A stretch of 64,000 bases of DNA from Nageia nagi (Eukaryota; Plantae; Pinophyta), in contig JBITNC010000001.1 in NCBI GenBank assembly GCA_050084985.1, positions 141,856,001 to 141,920,000 of the forward strand. The letters run 5' to 3'. The notes beneath the pieces were generated by a model. It saw only the letters and a list, made by a program, of their open reading frames with translations, was not told the DNA's origin and did not search any database. This document shows, in pieces, positions 11,875-25,655 of this stretch. Position numbers and translations under genes: made by a program. The number at the start of each line of letters is the position of its first letter. Within the stretch, counting starts at the first letter, position 1.

Positions 11875-13203
11875 CTAAAAGCATTCTTCCATCCATGCGG
11901 GCTTGTAAGGTTTTAAATGCTGCCCATTTACTGAAATTGACAGCGTCCACCCATTTAATTTGGCTATTTCAAAAGCATTTGTCCCAACGCACTTGGCTAT
12001 GATGTATGGTCCTGACCACAAAGACTCGAACTTCTTATGCTTTCCGGGTTTGGCTCTATCTTCGTCCCATTTTAAAACAAGATCTCTTTCTTTGAAGGTG
12101 TTCAAAGAAGCTTTCCGGGTATCAAACCGCCTCTTTACAATTTCATTTCTCTTTTGCAAATCTTGATTTGACTTATTCCAGGATTCTTCCAGATGCAATA
12201 GTTCATTCATTCATACTTGAAGTGGTTCAAATCCCTCACCATATTCTTGAGGTATTGTTAAAGCAGAGAGTTCTATATGACTTGGCAGTAAAGCCCTTTT
12301 CCTGTATACCAACGCATATGGATTGGTCTTGATACCTGACTTTATAGTGATCCTATTTGCCCATAATTCCCAATTCAGCTTCTCATGCCAAGTCCGGGGA
12401 TTATCCTCTACAGTTCTCTTAAGGATTCTTAACAAATTCTTATTTGTCGATTCAGCCAACCCATTACCTTGTGGATAGTAGTTTGAGGAAGTCTTCCAGT
12501 AGATCCCATATCTCATAGCAAAATTAGTAATATCTGTTCTTACAAATGCCAAACCATTATCAAAAATGATTGTTTGAGGAATTCCATACTTGGTGATCAG
12601 CTTTTCAATGAAGTTTAGAACAGTTTTCTGATTTGCCTCTTTTATGGCTTCCGCATCTGTCCATCTGGTGAAATAATTTGTGGCGGTAAGAATGAATTTA
12701 TGCCCGATTGATGAATTTGGATTTATAATTCCAATAAAGTCTAATCCCCATTGTTGAAAAGGTTCTTCTGCCTGAATTGGTTCTAATGGTAAAGCTGCCT
12801 TTCGCTTTCTACCTACAAACCTTTGACATTTCTCACAACGTTGAGCCTTTGTAAAAGCATCTTTGAACATAGTGGGCCAGTAATAACTTGTTTGAATTAT
12901 TTTACCCACTGTTGTATAACTAGAATAATGACCTCCGGATACCCTGTAATGAAATTCTTCAATTAGTTTCGCTGTCTTGGATGAAGGTATACACCTCAAC
13001 AATACTTCATTATGATTTCTTCTATAAAGCACTTGGTCAATTTTTGTGTAATTTTGGGCATGAATTTTAAATCTTCTTCTTTGTGATATGTTCAAATGCG
13101 TGGGGAGTTTACCAAATTCAAAATACTTGTTTAATTGGCCCATCCAATCATCTTCCTTCATACCTAGTTCCTCATTCAAAATTACTTGTTCAGTGAAATA
13201 CAC
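11875..13203 (-). pseudogene. Integrase of Tat element (H2C2 finger, core, GPY C-terminus)
   Basis: EFH...GGH...YYWPTMFKD..RCEKCQ; PFQQWGLDFIG; SSNYYPQGNGLAESTNK; FESLWSGPYII...VNGQHLKPY. Frameshift at ~12210. Confidence 0.92.
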
Positions 13204-13560
13204 TGTTTTTTTCTTCTACATCTCTGGCTAATTGCTCACAAAGGGCCTTTCCTCTTATGAGTTTAGTAGGTCTGATCTCCACATCATATCTTAAAATTTT
13301 AGAAATCCAACTAGGTCTCCCTTCCCCAATTTCTCCTTGCATTATATAAGATCTAACATCTGGATGTATAGTTAAGACCAGGACTTTTCTCTGAGCTATA
13401 TAATGTTTCAACTTTCCTAAAGACTTTAGTATTGCTAGGACCTGTTTTTCCACAAAAGTGTATTTCTCCTCTCATTTATTCATAGTTTGACTGAAAAAAG
13501 CAATAGGACATTCTTCATTCTTTCCAAATTTTTGTGTTAGGACATCTGCAATGCTTGAAT
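13190..13560 (-). pseudogene. Canonical-position RNase H/connection domain, degenerate
   Basis: PIAFFSQTM, EKQVLAILKSLGKLKHYI, and VLTIHPDV where the usual TDH motif is lost. Confidence 0.75.
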
Positions 13561-14701
13561 TAGAGCCATATGCATACAAAATGAATTCTTTGCTACAGGT
13601 GCTTTAGTTATTGCCAACTTGATTCTTTGAAATGCTTCTTTTCCTTCTATAGTCCATTCAAACACAACATTTTTTTTTAACATGAGAGTAATAGGCTTAA
13701 CAATGCTTGAAAAATCCTGAATGAATCTGCTTACAAAGTTAATCTGTCCTAGAAAAGATTGTAAAGCCTTTTTGTTCGAAGGAAGAGATAATTTGTTTAT
13801 TGCCTCTACCCTATCCGAATCAATAGTCCAACCTTCTTTTGAAATAACATGTCCAAGAAGCTTTCCCTCATCTACTGCAAAAATAGACTTCTTTGGATAT
13901 AAGGAAATTCCATACCTTTTGCATTTGATAAAAGCCTGTTCCAAATGTCGTACATGGGAACTCCTGTTATGAGAGAAAATAGTGATATCATCCAAGTATA
14001 CTAGCACACTTTTATTTACCAATTCTCCAAGAGCATAGTCAATAGCTCTTTGGAAGGTTGCTCCTGCATTTGATAATCCGAAAGGCATTCTTTGGAAAGC
14101 AAACGTTCCCCATTTGGTTGTAAAAGCTGTTTTGAACTGATCTTCATTTTTTACCCAAACTTGATTATACCCCGAAAAACCATCTAGTAACGAGAATCTT
14201 TCTGCTCCAGCCACAATATTTAATATTTGTTCCATAGGCGGTAGAGGATAATGATTTTTCAATGAGACTCTATTTAAATCTCTGAAGTCCACACACAATC
14301 GAATCTCCCCATTTTTTTCTAACTGGGACTAAATTTGCCATCCATGTAGAATGTTTAATAGGATATATGATACCAGCTTTATACAGTTTCAGAACTTCTT
14401 GTTTCATTGGCACTTCAATCTTGGGGTTTATCGGCCTTTGCTTCTGTCTGATTCGCTTGGCATCTTCAATCAATTCTATCGTATGTTGAATTACAGATTT
14501 ATCAAAAACCTTTAGATCATCATAAGACCAAGCAATTATATCAGCATAAACTTTGCATAACTGAATAATCTCTTTGATTTGATCAGGGTTGTTGCATATG
14601 CCAATTTTTAAAGATTTTCTGCGAAGAATTTCATACTTTTTATAATTATCAGGGTTTATAATTATACCCTTTCCTTTTACCTGATCATGTTTGTCGAACA
14701 A
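13537..14701 (-). pseudogene. Reverse transcriptase of Tat element
   Basis: IIAWSYDDLK, CVDFRDLNRVSLKNHYPLP, LLDGFSGYNQV, KTAFTTKWGTF..RMPFGLSNAGATFQR, VYLDD. Confidence 0.95.
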
Positions 14702-14815
14702 CCCTTCAAAATGGAATCAGATCTTTAGGAATTATATTGTTATTCAATTAGATTATATATTGTTCCCGGAAGATATCGGCATCTTCTTCTCCTACCGCAT
14801 GACACACAGACTGCT

Positions 14816-15988
14816 TTAGCAAAAACTGATTGATTTGAGTCTCATCTCTAAAGACCTGCCAAAAAGAATCATTATTTGGAACGGAAGGTCTAAAGATAAG
14901 TTGAACCCCTTTTTTCCGGAATCAGTCATTGGTGGGATCAAAACTGGCTCCCATTTGAACCAGTGCATCTGCCTCTCGATTCGATTCAACCTCCTTGGAA
15001 TGGATTGTATATGCAGAGCTTCAAAATTTTCAAATAGATCCCACACTCTATTTCTGTAAGACTTTAAATAATGATGTTTAACAGAGCATTTGCCTGTGAC
15101 TTGGTTTACAATTAACTTTGAGTCTCCTTTAATTTTCAAACACTGGATTTGCATTTTAATAGCTTGCTCTAGACCAAGGCAAAGGGTTTCATACTCAGCT
15201 GCATTATTGGTGCACATCCATGTGAGCCTGTACGAGAATTTATGAATTTTTTCCATTGGATCAATTAGGACAATCCCAGTACCTGACCCATTTTTAGATC
15301 TGGCTCCATCAAAGAACATTTCCCAGGCTTCACCTTTTCTGAACTCTTCACTAGTGAGCTTCTGAATGAAAGGCTCTGGTTCCATCAAACAATAATTCCC
15401 AAATTCCATGTCATAAATGGTGCTAACCATATTCATAGACATGGGATCTTCAGTTTGCACTTCCTCCAATAACTGATCACTCTCTTTCAACTTACTGAGG
15501 ATTGCATTAACCTCATCTTTCTTTTCTACATGAACATCAAACATTTTTTCATTATCCAACCTTACTCTCTTTTCTCCACAAGGAATTAAATAATGAGTGT
15601 AATCCATTGCTAAATAACCCCCTATTTTTGCTGTAAACTCCTTGGATAGACATAACCCAAACAGAGGAGGAAGTTCAACTACTGCAATTTCCTGAGTGAT
15701 GACCACAGAGGGACCCTTATGTATCTTTAGAACTACATCTTTTATAAGCCCAACAGTCTTAACTAGCGTGGAGTCTAGTTGCAACACTCCTGTGGATGTT
15801 CTAGTAAGAGGTAGCCCCATTACATCACATACTGCTTTAGGCATGATGGTAGTGGCTGCTCCGGAATCGACTAAACAGTTATGTAGCATATACCCATCGA
15901 CCTCTAAAGTCATATTAAAAGTTGGTGGTTTATTTTTTCCCATTCCTGGATAATTGGATGTCTCAAACAAGTTCAACACCCTATCCAT
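14816..15988 (-). CDS. Aspartic protease followed by archaeal-type RNase H (aRH) of Tat element
   Basis: CLVDSGAATT (protease). Then WEMFFDGARSKNGSGTGIVL, TNNAAEYETL, IKGDSKLIVNQV (RNase HI D-E-D), located upstream of RT. Confidence 0.9.
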   Translation of the reverse strand: MDRVLNLFETSNYPGMGKNKPPTFNMTLEVDGYMLHNCLVDSGAATTIMPKAVCDVMGLPLTRTSTGVLQLDSTLVKTVGLIKDVVLKIHKGPSVVITQEIAVVELPPLFGLCLSKEFTAKIGGYLAMDYTHYLIPCGEKRVRLDNEKMFDVHVEKKDEVNAILSKLKESDQLLEEVQTEDPMSMNMVSTIYDMEFGNYCLMEPEPFIQKLTSEEFRKGEAWEMFFDGARSKNGSGTGIVLIDPMEKIHKFSYRLTWMCTNNAAEYETLCLGLEQAIKMQIQCLKIKGDSKLIVNQVTGKCSVKHHYLKSYRNRVWDLFENFEALHIQSIPRRLNRIERQMHWFKWEPVLIPPMTDSGKKGFNLSLDLPFQIMILFGRSLEMRLKSISFC

Positions 15989-16044
15989 TTCTTCATTTAA
16001 TGCTATAAGGGCTATCTTTAATAAATCAATTTGCCTAGGGGTTT

Positions 16045-17570
16045 TTAAGGTATCAAATAAAGATATCTTTGAAGGGGTTTCTTTAATTCTTCTACAATAT
16101 TGAAATCATAAGCGACTGGAGGTTTACCGTCTTTGTCAGTGAACCTCTGTTGAAACTGCTGAGTGTCATCCCTTCTCTGATGCCTGGTGAGAGAGGGAAA
16201 CCTTAACTTCCGAATCATCTGATTACTAACGTCATCAACTTTAGGCGTTTGTCTAACTGTTGGAATTGGAAATTTATGAGATGCAGGTTCTTTTGGGAGT
16301 GTTGTGTTTGCAGAACCGGGAGCTATATCGGGCTTCTTGGAGGCCATTGGATCATGACCTTTTGGAGGTTCAGCTGTTTTATCTAGAAGATTTGATACAT
16401 GAGGCCTCTTTGCAGACCTTGTTTCTATGACAAAAACACCTATATCGGTTGGGGCGCAATTCATCAAATTTACATTTCGACTTATATCATCAACTACACT
16501 GGGTGGAGGAATTCCTTCGCTTTTCGACAAATACTCCTGATATTGATATATAGGGCAAGAAGTTTGTTCATGAGCATCATTGCAAGCCAAACACAAGCCT
16601 ACCATCTGTCCAGAAGAAGAAGCTTGATATGTATTCTCTACTAGCATATGTTGAATTTGAGCTTTTTCTATAGCTGGATATGGGAATCTCCTAGCATTAT
16701 TTTGTCTACTCAAGAGGGTAATCTGGTTCGCCATGTTCCTACACAAAGCTTTCAATTCTTGTATCTCATCTTGTGAGGGAGCTACTTGATTTACTCCAAA
16801 CTGATGTGGGACTGGTAAAGCTAGAGGTACTCGTGGGTAGGCAAGGCTAATGGAAACTGTTGAACTGGTGCAGGAATACTAGCCAGAGGCGGGGCCATAC
16901 AAATTGCTAAGGGTCTTATTGCCTGGTTTTGCAGTAACATTGGAAAGTATGGCATTGGCATGCGGTTGGGTAGTTTTCCTATTGAAATGAGACAAGCTTT
17001 AGCAAACACTGCTTGTCTATAGACTTCTGGAAAAGTGGTTACCCCAAAATTTTGAATTTGCAAAGAGAGATTTGGGGGAAAGGCTCTTAAATAATACATC
17101 AAAGCTTGAGATTGCTGGGGCCTAACCGATACTGGAACTCTTTTCCAAGATTTTTGGAATCTAATATTAAAGTCTGGAATATTCTCTTGTTCATATCTTT
17201 TGATAGAAGTGAGTTGAGTTAGTAAGGAGAAAGGGTCTCCTACTTCATTAAATTCCAGAATGAAGGGCTCTGCCAACTGAGCCTAGGAAGTTATATATCC
17301 ACTAACAAGGCTTCTATACCAATCAAGGACCTTGCCCTTGAATGATTGTGCTAGCAGTCTTGCCATGACATCTTCATGTTGAATATTATGGAACTTAGCC
17401 AAACCGGCTACATCCACACAGTGTTCATAGCTGTTTTCTCTATGGTGGCGTCAAACTCAGGTAGAGTTTTAAAAACATTTCCTAGGATATCATGCAATGC
17501 AGCTAGAGCCAAAGGTACCCCATCGTCTCATGCAGGATAGATATTTCGAGCAGGATTAGCCATTTTAGGA
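16045..17570 (-). pseudogene. gag of Tat element
   Basis: HEDVMARLLAQSFKGKVLDWY...FILEF...ENIPDFNIRFQK (retrotransposon gag domain). CLACNDAHEQTSC knuckle-like motif. FNIVEELKK before the protease. Confidence 0.8.
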
Positions 17571-17856
17571 GAAGCAGTCCTAGCATGAAGGTTGAATGGT
17601 ACTGATTTGGATGAAGATTCTAAAGTGTTGATACTACCCAAAGATCTAAACTTGATCAGGGTCTTTCTTTTGGAAGTATCAAGTTCTTTAAAATTCGGGA
17701 CCTCTTTGGTTGCTTTGGATTTTGATCTTGTCCACATAAACTCTAGTAGCAACTAAAAGAATCTAGGTTCGGGAAGTAGCAATAATAACTATAAAATTTG
17801 CTTTGATACATACCATCAATATTGCTTCCAATAGAGTCGCCAATAAAATCTTTCGT

Positions 17857-17874
17857 GTCCCACCGGGCGTGCCA
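17857..17874 (-). other. Primer-binding site, tRNA-Arg(UCU)-type
   Basis: Minus strand TGGCACGCCCGGTGGGAC, complementary to the plant tRNA-Arg 3' end ...GUCCCACCGGGCGUGCCA. It lies 12 nt from the 5' LTR. Confidence 0.85.
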
Positions 17875-17886
17875 AAAAGAATATAC

Positions 17887-19639
17887 TGTTGATGGAAATT
17901 GTGTAATGTAGACGCCCTTGGACAATTTCAACCAAAGTATATCATGAACAGCTAACGCAGTAACCTGATCTTCGGAGTAGGCCGGTTCCTTATCTATTGG
18001 GCATAGATTAAAAGAACAAGTAACAGGAAAGAAACAAAAGAGGGTAGAGTGCGAGAAATAAAGCAAGAAGGATAGGGAGCAAAAGAAAAGCAGGGGCAGA
18101 TCACTAGTTCAGCGCAGGCTTTCACAGAACGTGAAACCTTGGCAAGAATCTAGTGTAGCAACCACAGTGCAAGCTTTCACTCTGTAAATTATTCTTTAGC
18201 TTAACTCTACCATATAAGTAGACACAGTTATACCAACAACTCATTGTTATCATTCAGGAAATATCCATTACTTGCCACAATATAACTAGATTAAGAATAA
18301 CAACGACAAGTGTTGGACAAGAAAGGTCAAGATGGCATTGTATTACTGATAGAACAAAAGGTCTTTGAAAACAAATACAAGAGGCAATACTAGGGATTGC
18401 AACCCTTTTTGCTTTGTCTTCAACTTTATTTATACTAGGCTAGAGCGGTTACAGAATGATTGAAACAAAATAGTTACAAAATGGCCCAAAGATTGTGGCC
18501 CTCTTTTAATAAACAGCTAACTACCTTTGCCACATGGCATTTTATTTCTAAAAACTGAAAGATCTAGAACTGTACTGCCTCTAAATTGCGACGAACATGC
18601 TTTTTGGGTGTTATTTGAACCTGCATTATATTTCCAGAAGATTCTCTGACTGATTATGATGATTTCGGAGTCTTTCCATCTTCTAGTGCTTATTCCGGAA
18701 CCTTCTCGATTTTTGGCTCACATTTCGAAGTCTTTTGGTGAAGTTTTGGTTGGGCGGAGATTTCTTTTGTTACATCTGACATCATCAATCTCTGCACTCC
18801 GGTCTTGAAGGCTTTTATTTTCTGCTGACATCACTTTCTTCCTGTGCCTTTGTAAGGTAAAGCAAGTAACTTCGGGGGATTTTAGTTTTGCTTGTGACAT
18901 CCTCCTCCTTCGGATCCGTTCTTTTGGCCAAAGTGGGTTTCACTTTACTTCGTTGACATCATCTCCCTCTCATGCCCCGAGACACATAACTCAGCCATCG
19001 TGGAAACTTTTAGCATTACTTGCTGACATCACTACTTCCGGAGTTCGGTTTTAGATGAAAATAATACTCGCCTATACTTTGTTGACATCACATCCGGAGA
19101 TTGCTATACTCAGTGCATTTTCTCCTCAAAACTGTTCAGGTTTACTTTGCTGACATCACCTCCTTTCATGCCCCGGAACACCTAACTCAGCTACTGCGGA
19201 AACTTTTAGCATTACTCGTTGACATCACTACTCTTGGAGTCCAATTTTAAACGAAAATAATACTCGCCTATACTCTGCTGACATCACATCTGGAGATTGC
19301 TATACTTAGTGCATTTTCTCATCAAAACTGTTCGGATTTACTTTGTTGATGTCACCTCCTTTCATGCCCCGGAACACCTAACTCAGCTACTGCAGAAACT
19401 TTTAGCATTACTCGCTGACATCATTACTCTTGGAGTCCGGTTTTAGGCGAAAATAATACTCGCCTATACTCTACTAACATCACATCCGGAGATTGCTATA
19501 TTCGGTGCATTTTCTCATCAAAACTGTCCGGAATTTATGGAATAGTTAGGAGGAGTTTGCTAAAACACACTTCTTTAGATAAATAAGAACAATACATGCC
19601 GGGAAACCACTAAAGTGTTAGGCTATGTATGCATATACA
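17887..19639 (-). repeat. 5' LTR of Tat element (1753 bp)
   Basis: TG...CA termini. Direct repeat of 6136-7902. Adjacent to the PBS. Confidence 0.95.
18427..18434 (-). promoter_or_regulatory. Candidate TATA box in Tat 5' LTR
   Basis: TATAAATA on the minus strand, downstream (element sense) of the 196-bp repeat array. Motif and position only. Confidence 0.35.
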
Positions 19640-21781
19640 AGGACAATTCTAAAATTTCTCTCATGCACCTCTTATGTAACCATGACATTTCAGATGACAA
19701 TCTATGGGCTTTGAATGGTCTTCCACATATCACTAGCAAACACTATTTGAAAATGTATCACTAGCAAACACTATTTGAAAATGTAGCCTGGCTTGATTAC
19801 AACCTTCTTCATAAATAAAGGAACTTAACAAGTATTTTCTGGCTCAGTTATCTGCTAAAACAGGCAGTTTCCCAAATTCGAATAATAAGGGGAATATGAG
19901 TTAAGGGTTTAACCCTTCAGCTCAAAAAGCTGGGATATTTATTTAAAATTTCAAACAACTAAACTTTTTGAAGTTGTTTGTAAAATAGTTTTCACTATCC
20001 AAAATAACAGAAAGATTGAATAGAAAATTGGCAATATTAAGAAATTTTTAATGAAACAGAGAATTCAGAGGAGTGAGGAAATAAGATCATGCATAGAAAC
20101 ATAGTGCAAACTCTGATTTGTCATACCACAAATCCCATGAACATTAAAACAAAGATTGAACAAAATAGTGAGCATAGATTAATGATTTCAGGTTTCCTTA
20201 TGTAGGTGTTATTTGTGTGTAGTTTATGTGGTCACTGTGTGAGACATTGGAGAATCCAGTGTTTTAGGTCGCACCAAAAGAATATATATAAGGAAAAAGT
20301 CTCTATTAGTAGAGAACCCTAATTACTCAAGGTGCAAAAGTTAGCCAGCTCATCCATAGTTAAAAAATTTGGTTTATTTGGATGAATATTTGCTGAATAA
20401 CCAGCATTTGATGCATTTTATGTAAACGTAATATTTTTTTGCATTTTCAATTTGTTGCTTTTTTGTCAATGTTGTTCCGAATAATATCTGGATGGTCGGA
20501 TTTTAAATGTTGTTCCAAATCAATTACTTTTTAGAAAACTTCAAATAGAAATAAAAGACAATAAATGTTACCACGAGTTTGAGTTGTGTGAGACCTAGTG
20601 GAAAGTGCACTTGAGAAAAGATAGCCCTGTGCATTCTTATAGGTTTGGAGCTCTTCCAAAAAGCGTGATACTTAGCCTCTTTGTTTTTTTTAAGACCCTG
20701 CAATGGCCTCCTTAGCTTTGTCCATGGCCACATGCAAGTAACCCATTGGTGATTTGTCTTAAATGTCATCAATAGGAAGGACTTTTCACTAATGGTTTAG
20801 ATACCTAAATTTATTAAGGAAACAAATATCTTGACCTTTTGAAAAAGATTAAAAAAATCAACCACAACTAACTTGGATGATCTCAAACAAGGAGGGCTTC
20901 TTTTTACGTAGAAAAAGAGGACTCCTCCATTCTCGGTAGACAAACATCCCTCCTCAACCATATCCTTCTAGAATGAAGGCTCTACAAAGTAAGGAAGTTG
21001 GTGGCAAATTGAGTGATATTAGGTCAAACAATTGTGTTGCTATCCTTATATTGCCTTGAGAACCATATATGATTGTAGATGTACTTTGTAATTTTTTTTG
21101 CATTGTCCATCACTTCCTTAACCCAACATATTTTTCCAATATCATCCACTATTAGGTCAATACAATGGGCTGCGCTAGGAATCCAAGATATGATAGGAAA
21201 CCTCTCTTCAAGAATTTTTCTTGCTGTCACATATGTTGTTGCATTGTCTTTGACAACTTTGACCTCATTTTGTGGCCCAACCTCCAATACTACATCTTCT
21301 AGTAAGGCGAACAATTTTGTTCAACTTTATCTTATCAATGTTTGACCTCTTCTATTCTTTTTTCTCTCGTATTTTTTTCTGCTCTTTAATAAGTAGATGC
21401 ACATCTTCTACACATTGGGCAATAAGGGGTCCATTATAGTCATCATATGATGGGAGTTTGAATGCCGCACCATAAATTGTCAATGCATTCACCATGGCCT
21501 CGTAGTATGGTGAACTTACAACATTAAAAATAATGTTGCGAAAATACGAAATGTTTTGCATCACTTTTCTCGCCTATATTTGTTTCTCCTTGTTCCACAT
21601 GATTGCCTCAAGTGATTGTTGGCCACCTGGATTGTTATGAAGAATAAAAATGAACTTGCAATAGATTGTGATTGCGAGTTAGAATCAATTGTAGAAGAAC
21701 TATAATGGGACTTAGGCCCAATGCTACTTCGAGTGACACCAGGTACAAAAGGTGGAGTGACATAAATATTACCCTATTTTG

Positions 21782-22233
21782 TGTCATGCCCCGAATATAA
21801 AAAATAAAAAAACTAGTATTAACCAACATGCTTAAGTGAATAGGTGGGTACTATTGAGAGGTTCTATATATTGTACTTCTTTCTTCAAATGAAAAACTTT
21901 TTGTAAATCCTTTTCAATTTTATCCAACAACAACATTTGGAGCTTGTGGACTTCCCTTCTCAACCTCCAAAGATAACCATTGAAGATGCCCCCTTTCACT
22001 GGTGCTTTACAACCAACTTTCATGATTCTACTCAGCTAAGGAATGCTCAACAATTTAGTTTTGATGTAAGAGAATTAATTCATTCTACTTTTTGAGATTT
22101 ATCCATGCAAGTTATACTACAGATCTAGTGCTAGGGTTTTTGAAAAAGAAAAATAAGAATATCAAAAAATTAGTATATTGTATTTTTGTTTGTTTGTTTG
22201 TTTGTTTTGTTTCATTTTGTTTGGGATATTATA
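21782..22233 (+). repeat. 5' LTR of chromovirus
   Basis: tgtcatgcccc...gggatattata. Homologous to 40559-40986 (shared catgcttaagtgaataggtggg...). Followed by the PBS. Confidence 0.8.
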
Positions 22234-22920
22234 GTGGTAGCAGAGCTTAGATTTGTCTAGCTTGTGGGAGAATAAGGTATTGCATGTCAGTTAGAGAATT
22301 ACATTTGACGTGCAAGCGTAAAATTATGCATGTAGGATGGATAGCCAATAAGAAACTACATGCAAGCACACGAAATTAGATACATGCGACATGCAACTAC
22401 ATGCATGTGATATGCAATCATAAATTTGCATGTAGGATGGGTTATTGGTAAAAACACTACATGCATATGACATGTAAACATAAAATTGGAGGCCCTAACT
22501 ATTAAGTTTTGAGCAGAGCAAATCTGTAGCATATTTACTAGTATGTGGGAAAAACATAACTACTTAAATATTGAGCATGTCAACCAATGATAGAGAAATC
22601 AGATATTAGCTAAGGGAACAAAAGAAGTTACAAAAAATAAAGGATGGGAACAAAGAGTTGGAGTGTTTAAACACAATAAGAGCATTAAAAAATGGACAAC
22701 AATAGCTCATTGATCTATTAACCTACGTGGTGCAAACTCATGGATTAAACCCTATGACTATACCCCAAGGAAATGATGAAAATGGAGAAACCTTAGTTTC
22801 TGTGGCAAAATAGCCCCCCTCCGCCCAACTAGTCGTCCTTTCCAAATTACTGAGTTACCTTTTTGTAGAAGGAGGCCATGCAATAAGGCAATGATATCAG
22901 CCTCATAGGGATTTAAAACA

Positions 22921-23148
22921 TGAAGGTTGAATTCATGTTTGTAATAACAACTTCATCCCTAGGAGGATTTTTTGGTTTTTGCTAGCACTGTTTCAATTAT
23001 CCATATGTGAGGAACTAGTATGTGCTTTTTGGCATTGTTTAGTTATCCATATGTAAAGAACTCGTATGTGTTTATGCTCTATTTTTGATGATTGATCAAC
23101 ATATGTTTTTTATACAGCAAGTGACTATGAGTATTGGCTTGGCATCTT
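22921..23148 (+). repeat. Truncated 5' LTR of Copia element
   Basis: Matches 29356-29677 (with an internal gap) up to 'ttggcttggcatcttt', then diverges. Confidence 0.8.
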
Positions 23149-25375
23149 TATTAATGAGAAGAAAAAAATTATTTATTAATGAGGGGTGGAGCTGGAGGGG
23201 AAAGGGAATCGCCGATTGGAAGGAGGCCGTGGGAGGAAGACCACACAAGCCTGAGCAGTTGTAGGTGAGGTGTGCATTGAGTGGTTGATATGGCCATCTA
23301 TTTTTGCCTTTGTTGATATATGATTTTGATTGCAAAGAGTGGTTTATCCAGCATCGTGATAGGGGGCAGTGGTGCAGCCGACAACAAGGTAGAAATTGTT
23401 TGCGTGAGGCAAAAAAGGAGCTGTTTTTGATGAAGCAAGAGTAGCGGGTTGAAATCCACACTCTGCACTCATCCAACGACCACTGCCATGATACCTCCGA
23501 GAAGTTTGAGGTGGCTTAGCTGCTTGTGTTGTGGGCCTTAGAAAATGGCCTCAAAAAGCATGCCATGGGTGGAGAAACAGGTGGTGTTGAACTGGGAGGG
23601 TTAGCTGCAAGGGAGTTGGGGTCGATGTTCGACGATTAGGAAGGAGGGTTTTAGAAGCTGCCATGGAGGGAGAGATGGGTGGGTGGTGCGCCAGGTTGCA
23701 TGCAACAACTAAGGGGTGTTGCGTCGTCCCCAACCCTCATCATAGTGAAGAACCTTCGAGTCTTAGATGAGCGACAAGATGCCGCCAAGATTGGGGTGGA
23801 ATGGCTAGCAATGGCGCGAGGTTGTGGTGGCGCAACCGCAAGGGAGCCGGCAAGGCAGATGGTTTTGGCGAGGACGGGCTGCCCAAAAAAAATTGTATTA
23901 AATATTTAAAAAAACTAATGCCTATCCCCCTTTTTTTAAATAATTTTTTAAGTTTGTTAATTTTTAACAAACTTATATTTTTAAAAGAGTGGAATCTTTT
24001 TTAGTGAAGGTTATTAATTTTGTTAATAAAAAGGGGGATTTTTTCAAAGTTTCTTTATTAAAAATAGGGGAGAGTAATTTTAAACTTTAGAATTTTTTTT
24101 TACTTAAGGCAATTTTTTTAAGTGTTGAAAAGGGGGTTGTATTTTTTTAACACTTATAGAGGAGTGAATTTTTTAAGGGGAATAATTTCTTATGGTAAAA
24201 TGAGGCTGAATTTTTTGCTAAGTTCAAGTTTTAAGTAAAAAGGAGGGGATTCCTTGTTTTTATTGTTACTTAAAAATAATGAACCCATTCATTTTTGTGA
24301 AGAGATCCTTTTGGGGTTAGTAACAAAACCCATTAAACTCTTAGGTTTAATTTTTGGATGATGTATCGTTTTTAAGCACTTTACTTTATGTTAAGCACTT
24401 TGCTTTTATTTTTTACAAACAAATTGCAAATATTGAAAGTGCATCCTTATAATGAACACATCTGCACACTTATTCCGCAACATTACTTGTTTGGGGAGCC
24501 ACGAGGGGAGGACAAGGCAGATTGGAGCTTTTAGTCCCTCGATCCAAATGGTGTAAAGTCTATACTTCTTAATTGCCCTTAAGTCCTCTGTTGGTCTGGA
24601 CATAACTCCATATAGGTGGATAGACATGTGTGTAGTGATACCACATGTCTGCATGCCCATTCAAGGATTATCCTGATAACCTAGGAGGACAACTTGAAAC
24701 CTAATCAAGATATTTATTTGGCTGATCCAACATACGTCACACCCTTGGAAAATAGCTAGTACTTCTCCTTGTGAAAATATATTGTTGACTAAGGGAAACT
24801 AGTTGAGGATTGGTAGGACTTGGGCTCCATCACGGCTTGGATTTCATCATCAAGTGCTACATGTAGGCATCCAGGTGAAGGCTTAATTTCAAACAAGAAT
24901 ACAACCTCAACTCTACCCTCTCAACACCAATGTTACTTGGTTATGACAAATGTTGAATTCATGGGACATATCATTTATTGGGTTGAAAACATCTTGTACA
25001 ATGTGAAATTAGTTAACAGTTAGCATGCTTTGTTGATGACCTTGGTTAAACAAATTCAACATGTGTAGTTGATTAATTTGGTCAACAAGTTGCAATTGTT
25101 ATATAGTATAATGATCTCTTTTTTAAATGTCCTTAATGGAGTGGAATTTATACTTCTTTAAGTGTAAATATTTGGTGGCATTATTAATTGAAAAATAATC
25201 TCATGGCAATAAAACCTTAGGGTCTTGTGCATGATATGTGACACTATATATTAGTACCTTTTGTGGTTGGAAGTTGTTTTGTGTAAATGAATTAGTATCT
25301 TCCAGGGTTGCAAGTTTATGCCCATTTTTTAGATTGATGTCTATCTACTTTTGAAAAGTGTTTACGTTCTTCATT

Positions 25376-25655
25376 GAAAATTTGATGGAGTGGTTAAAAA
25401 GGTTTGCCCTTCTCCATGATTGAAAATTTGATGGAATGGTTAAAAAGGTTCAACCTTCTTCATGATTGAAAATTTGATAGAGGTTAAAATTGTTAGCCCT
25501 TCTCCATGATTGAAAATTTGATGGAGTGGTTTAAAAGGTTTACCTTTCTCCATGTTTGAAATTTTGATGGAGTGGTTCAAAAAGGTTTACCTTTTTCCAA
25601 AGTTGCAACTTGTTGGAGTGGTTCAAAAGGTTTGCCTTTCTCCAAAATTGCAACT
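25376..25655. repeat. Minisatellite, about six copies of ~46 bp
   Basis: Unit tgaaaatttgatggagtggttaaaaaggtttgcccttctccatgat, head-to-tail and progressively diverging. Confidence 0.9.

Larger units (their letters stand above)
6136..19639 (-). mobile_element. Full-length Ty3/gypsy LTR retrotransposon, Tat group (TatII-like domain order), decayed
   Basis: Paired ~1.75-kb LTRs. 5-bp TSD AGAAC/AGGAC (1 mismatch). tRNA-Arg PBS. gag-PR-aRH-RT-RH-INT on the minus strand with stops and frameshifts, plus a long 3' extra ORF. Confidence 0.95.

Noticed and set aside
17857-17874. tRNA gene fragment
   Set aside because: Only the 18-nt 3' end including CCA, next to an LTR. It is a PBS, not a tRNA gene.
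25376-25655. CRISPR-like regular repeats
   Set aside because: Units are head-to-tail with no unique spacers, there are no cas genes and the context is eukaryotic. It is a minisatellite.
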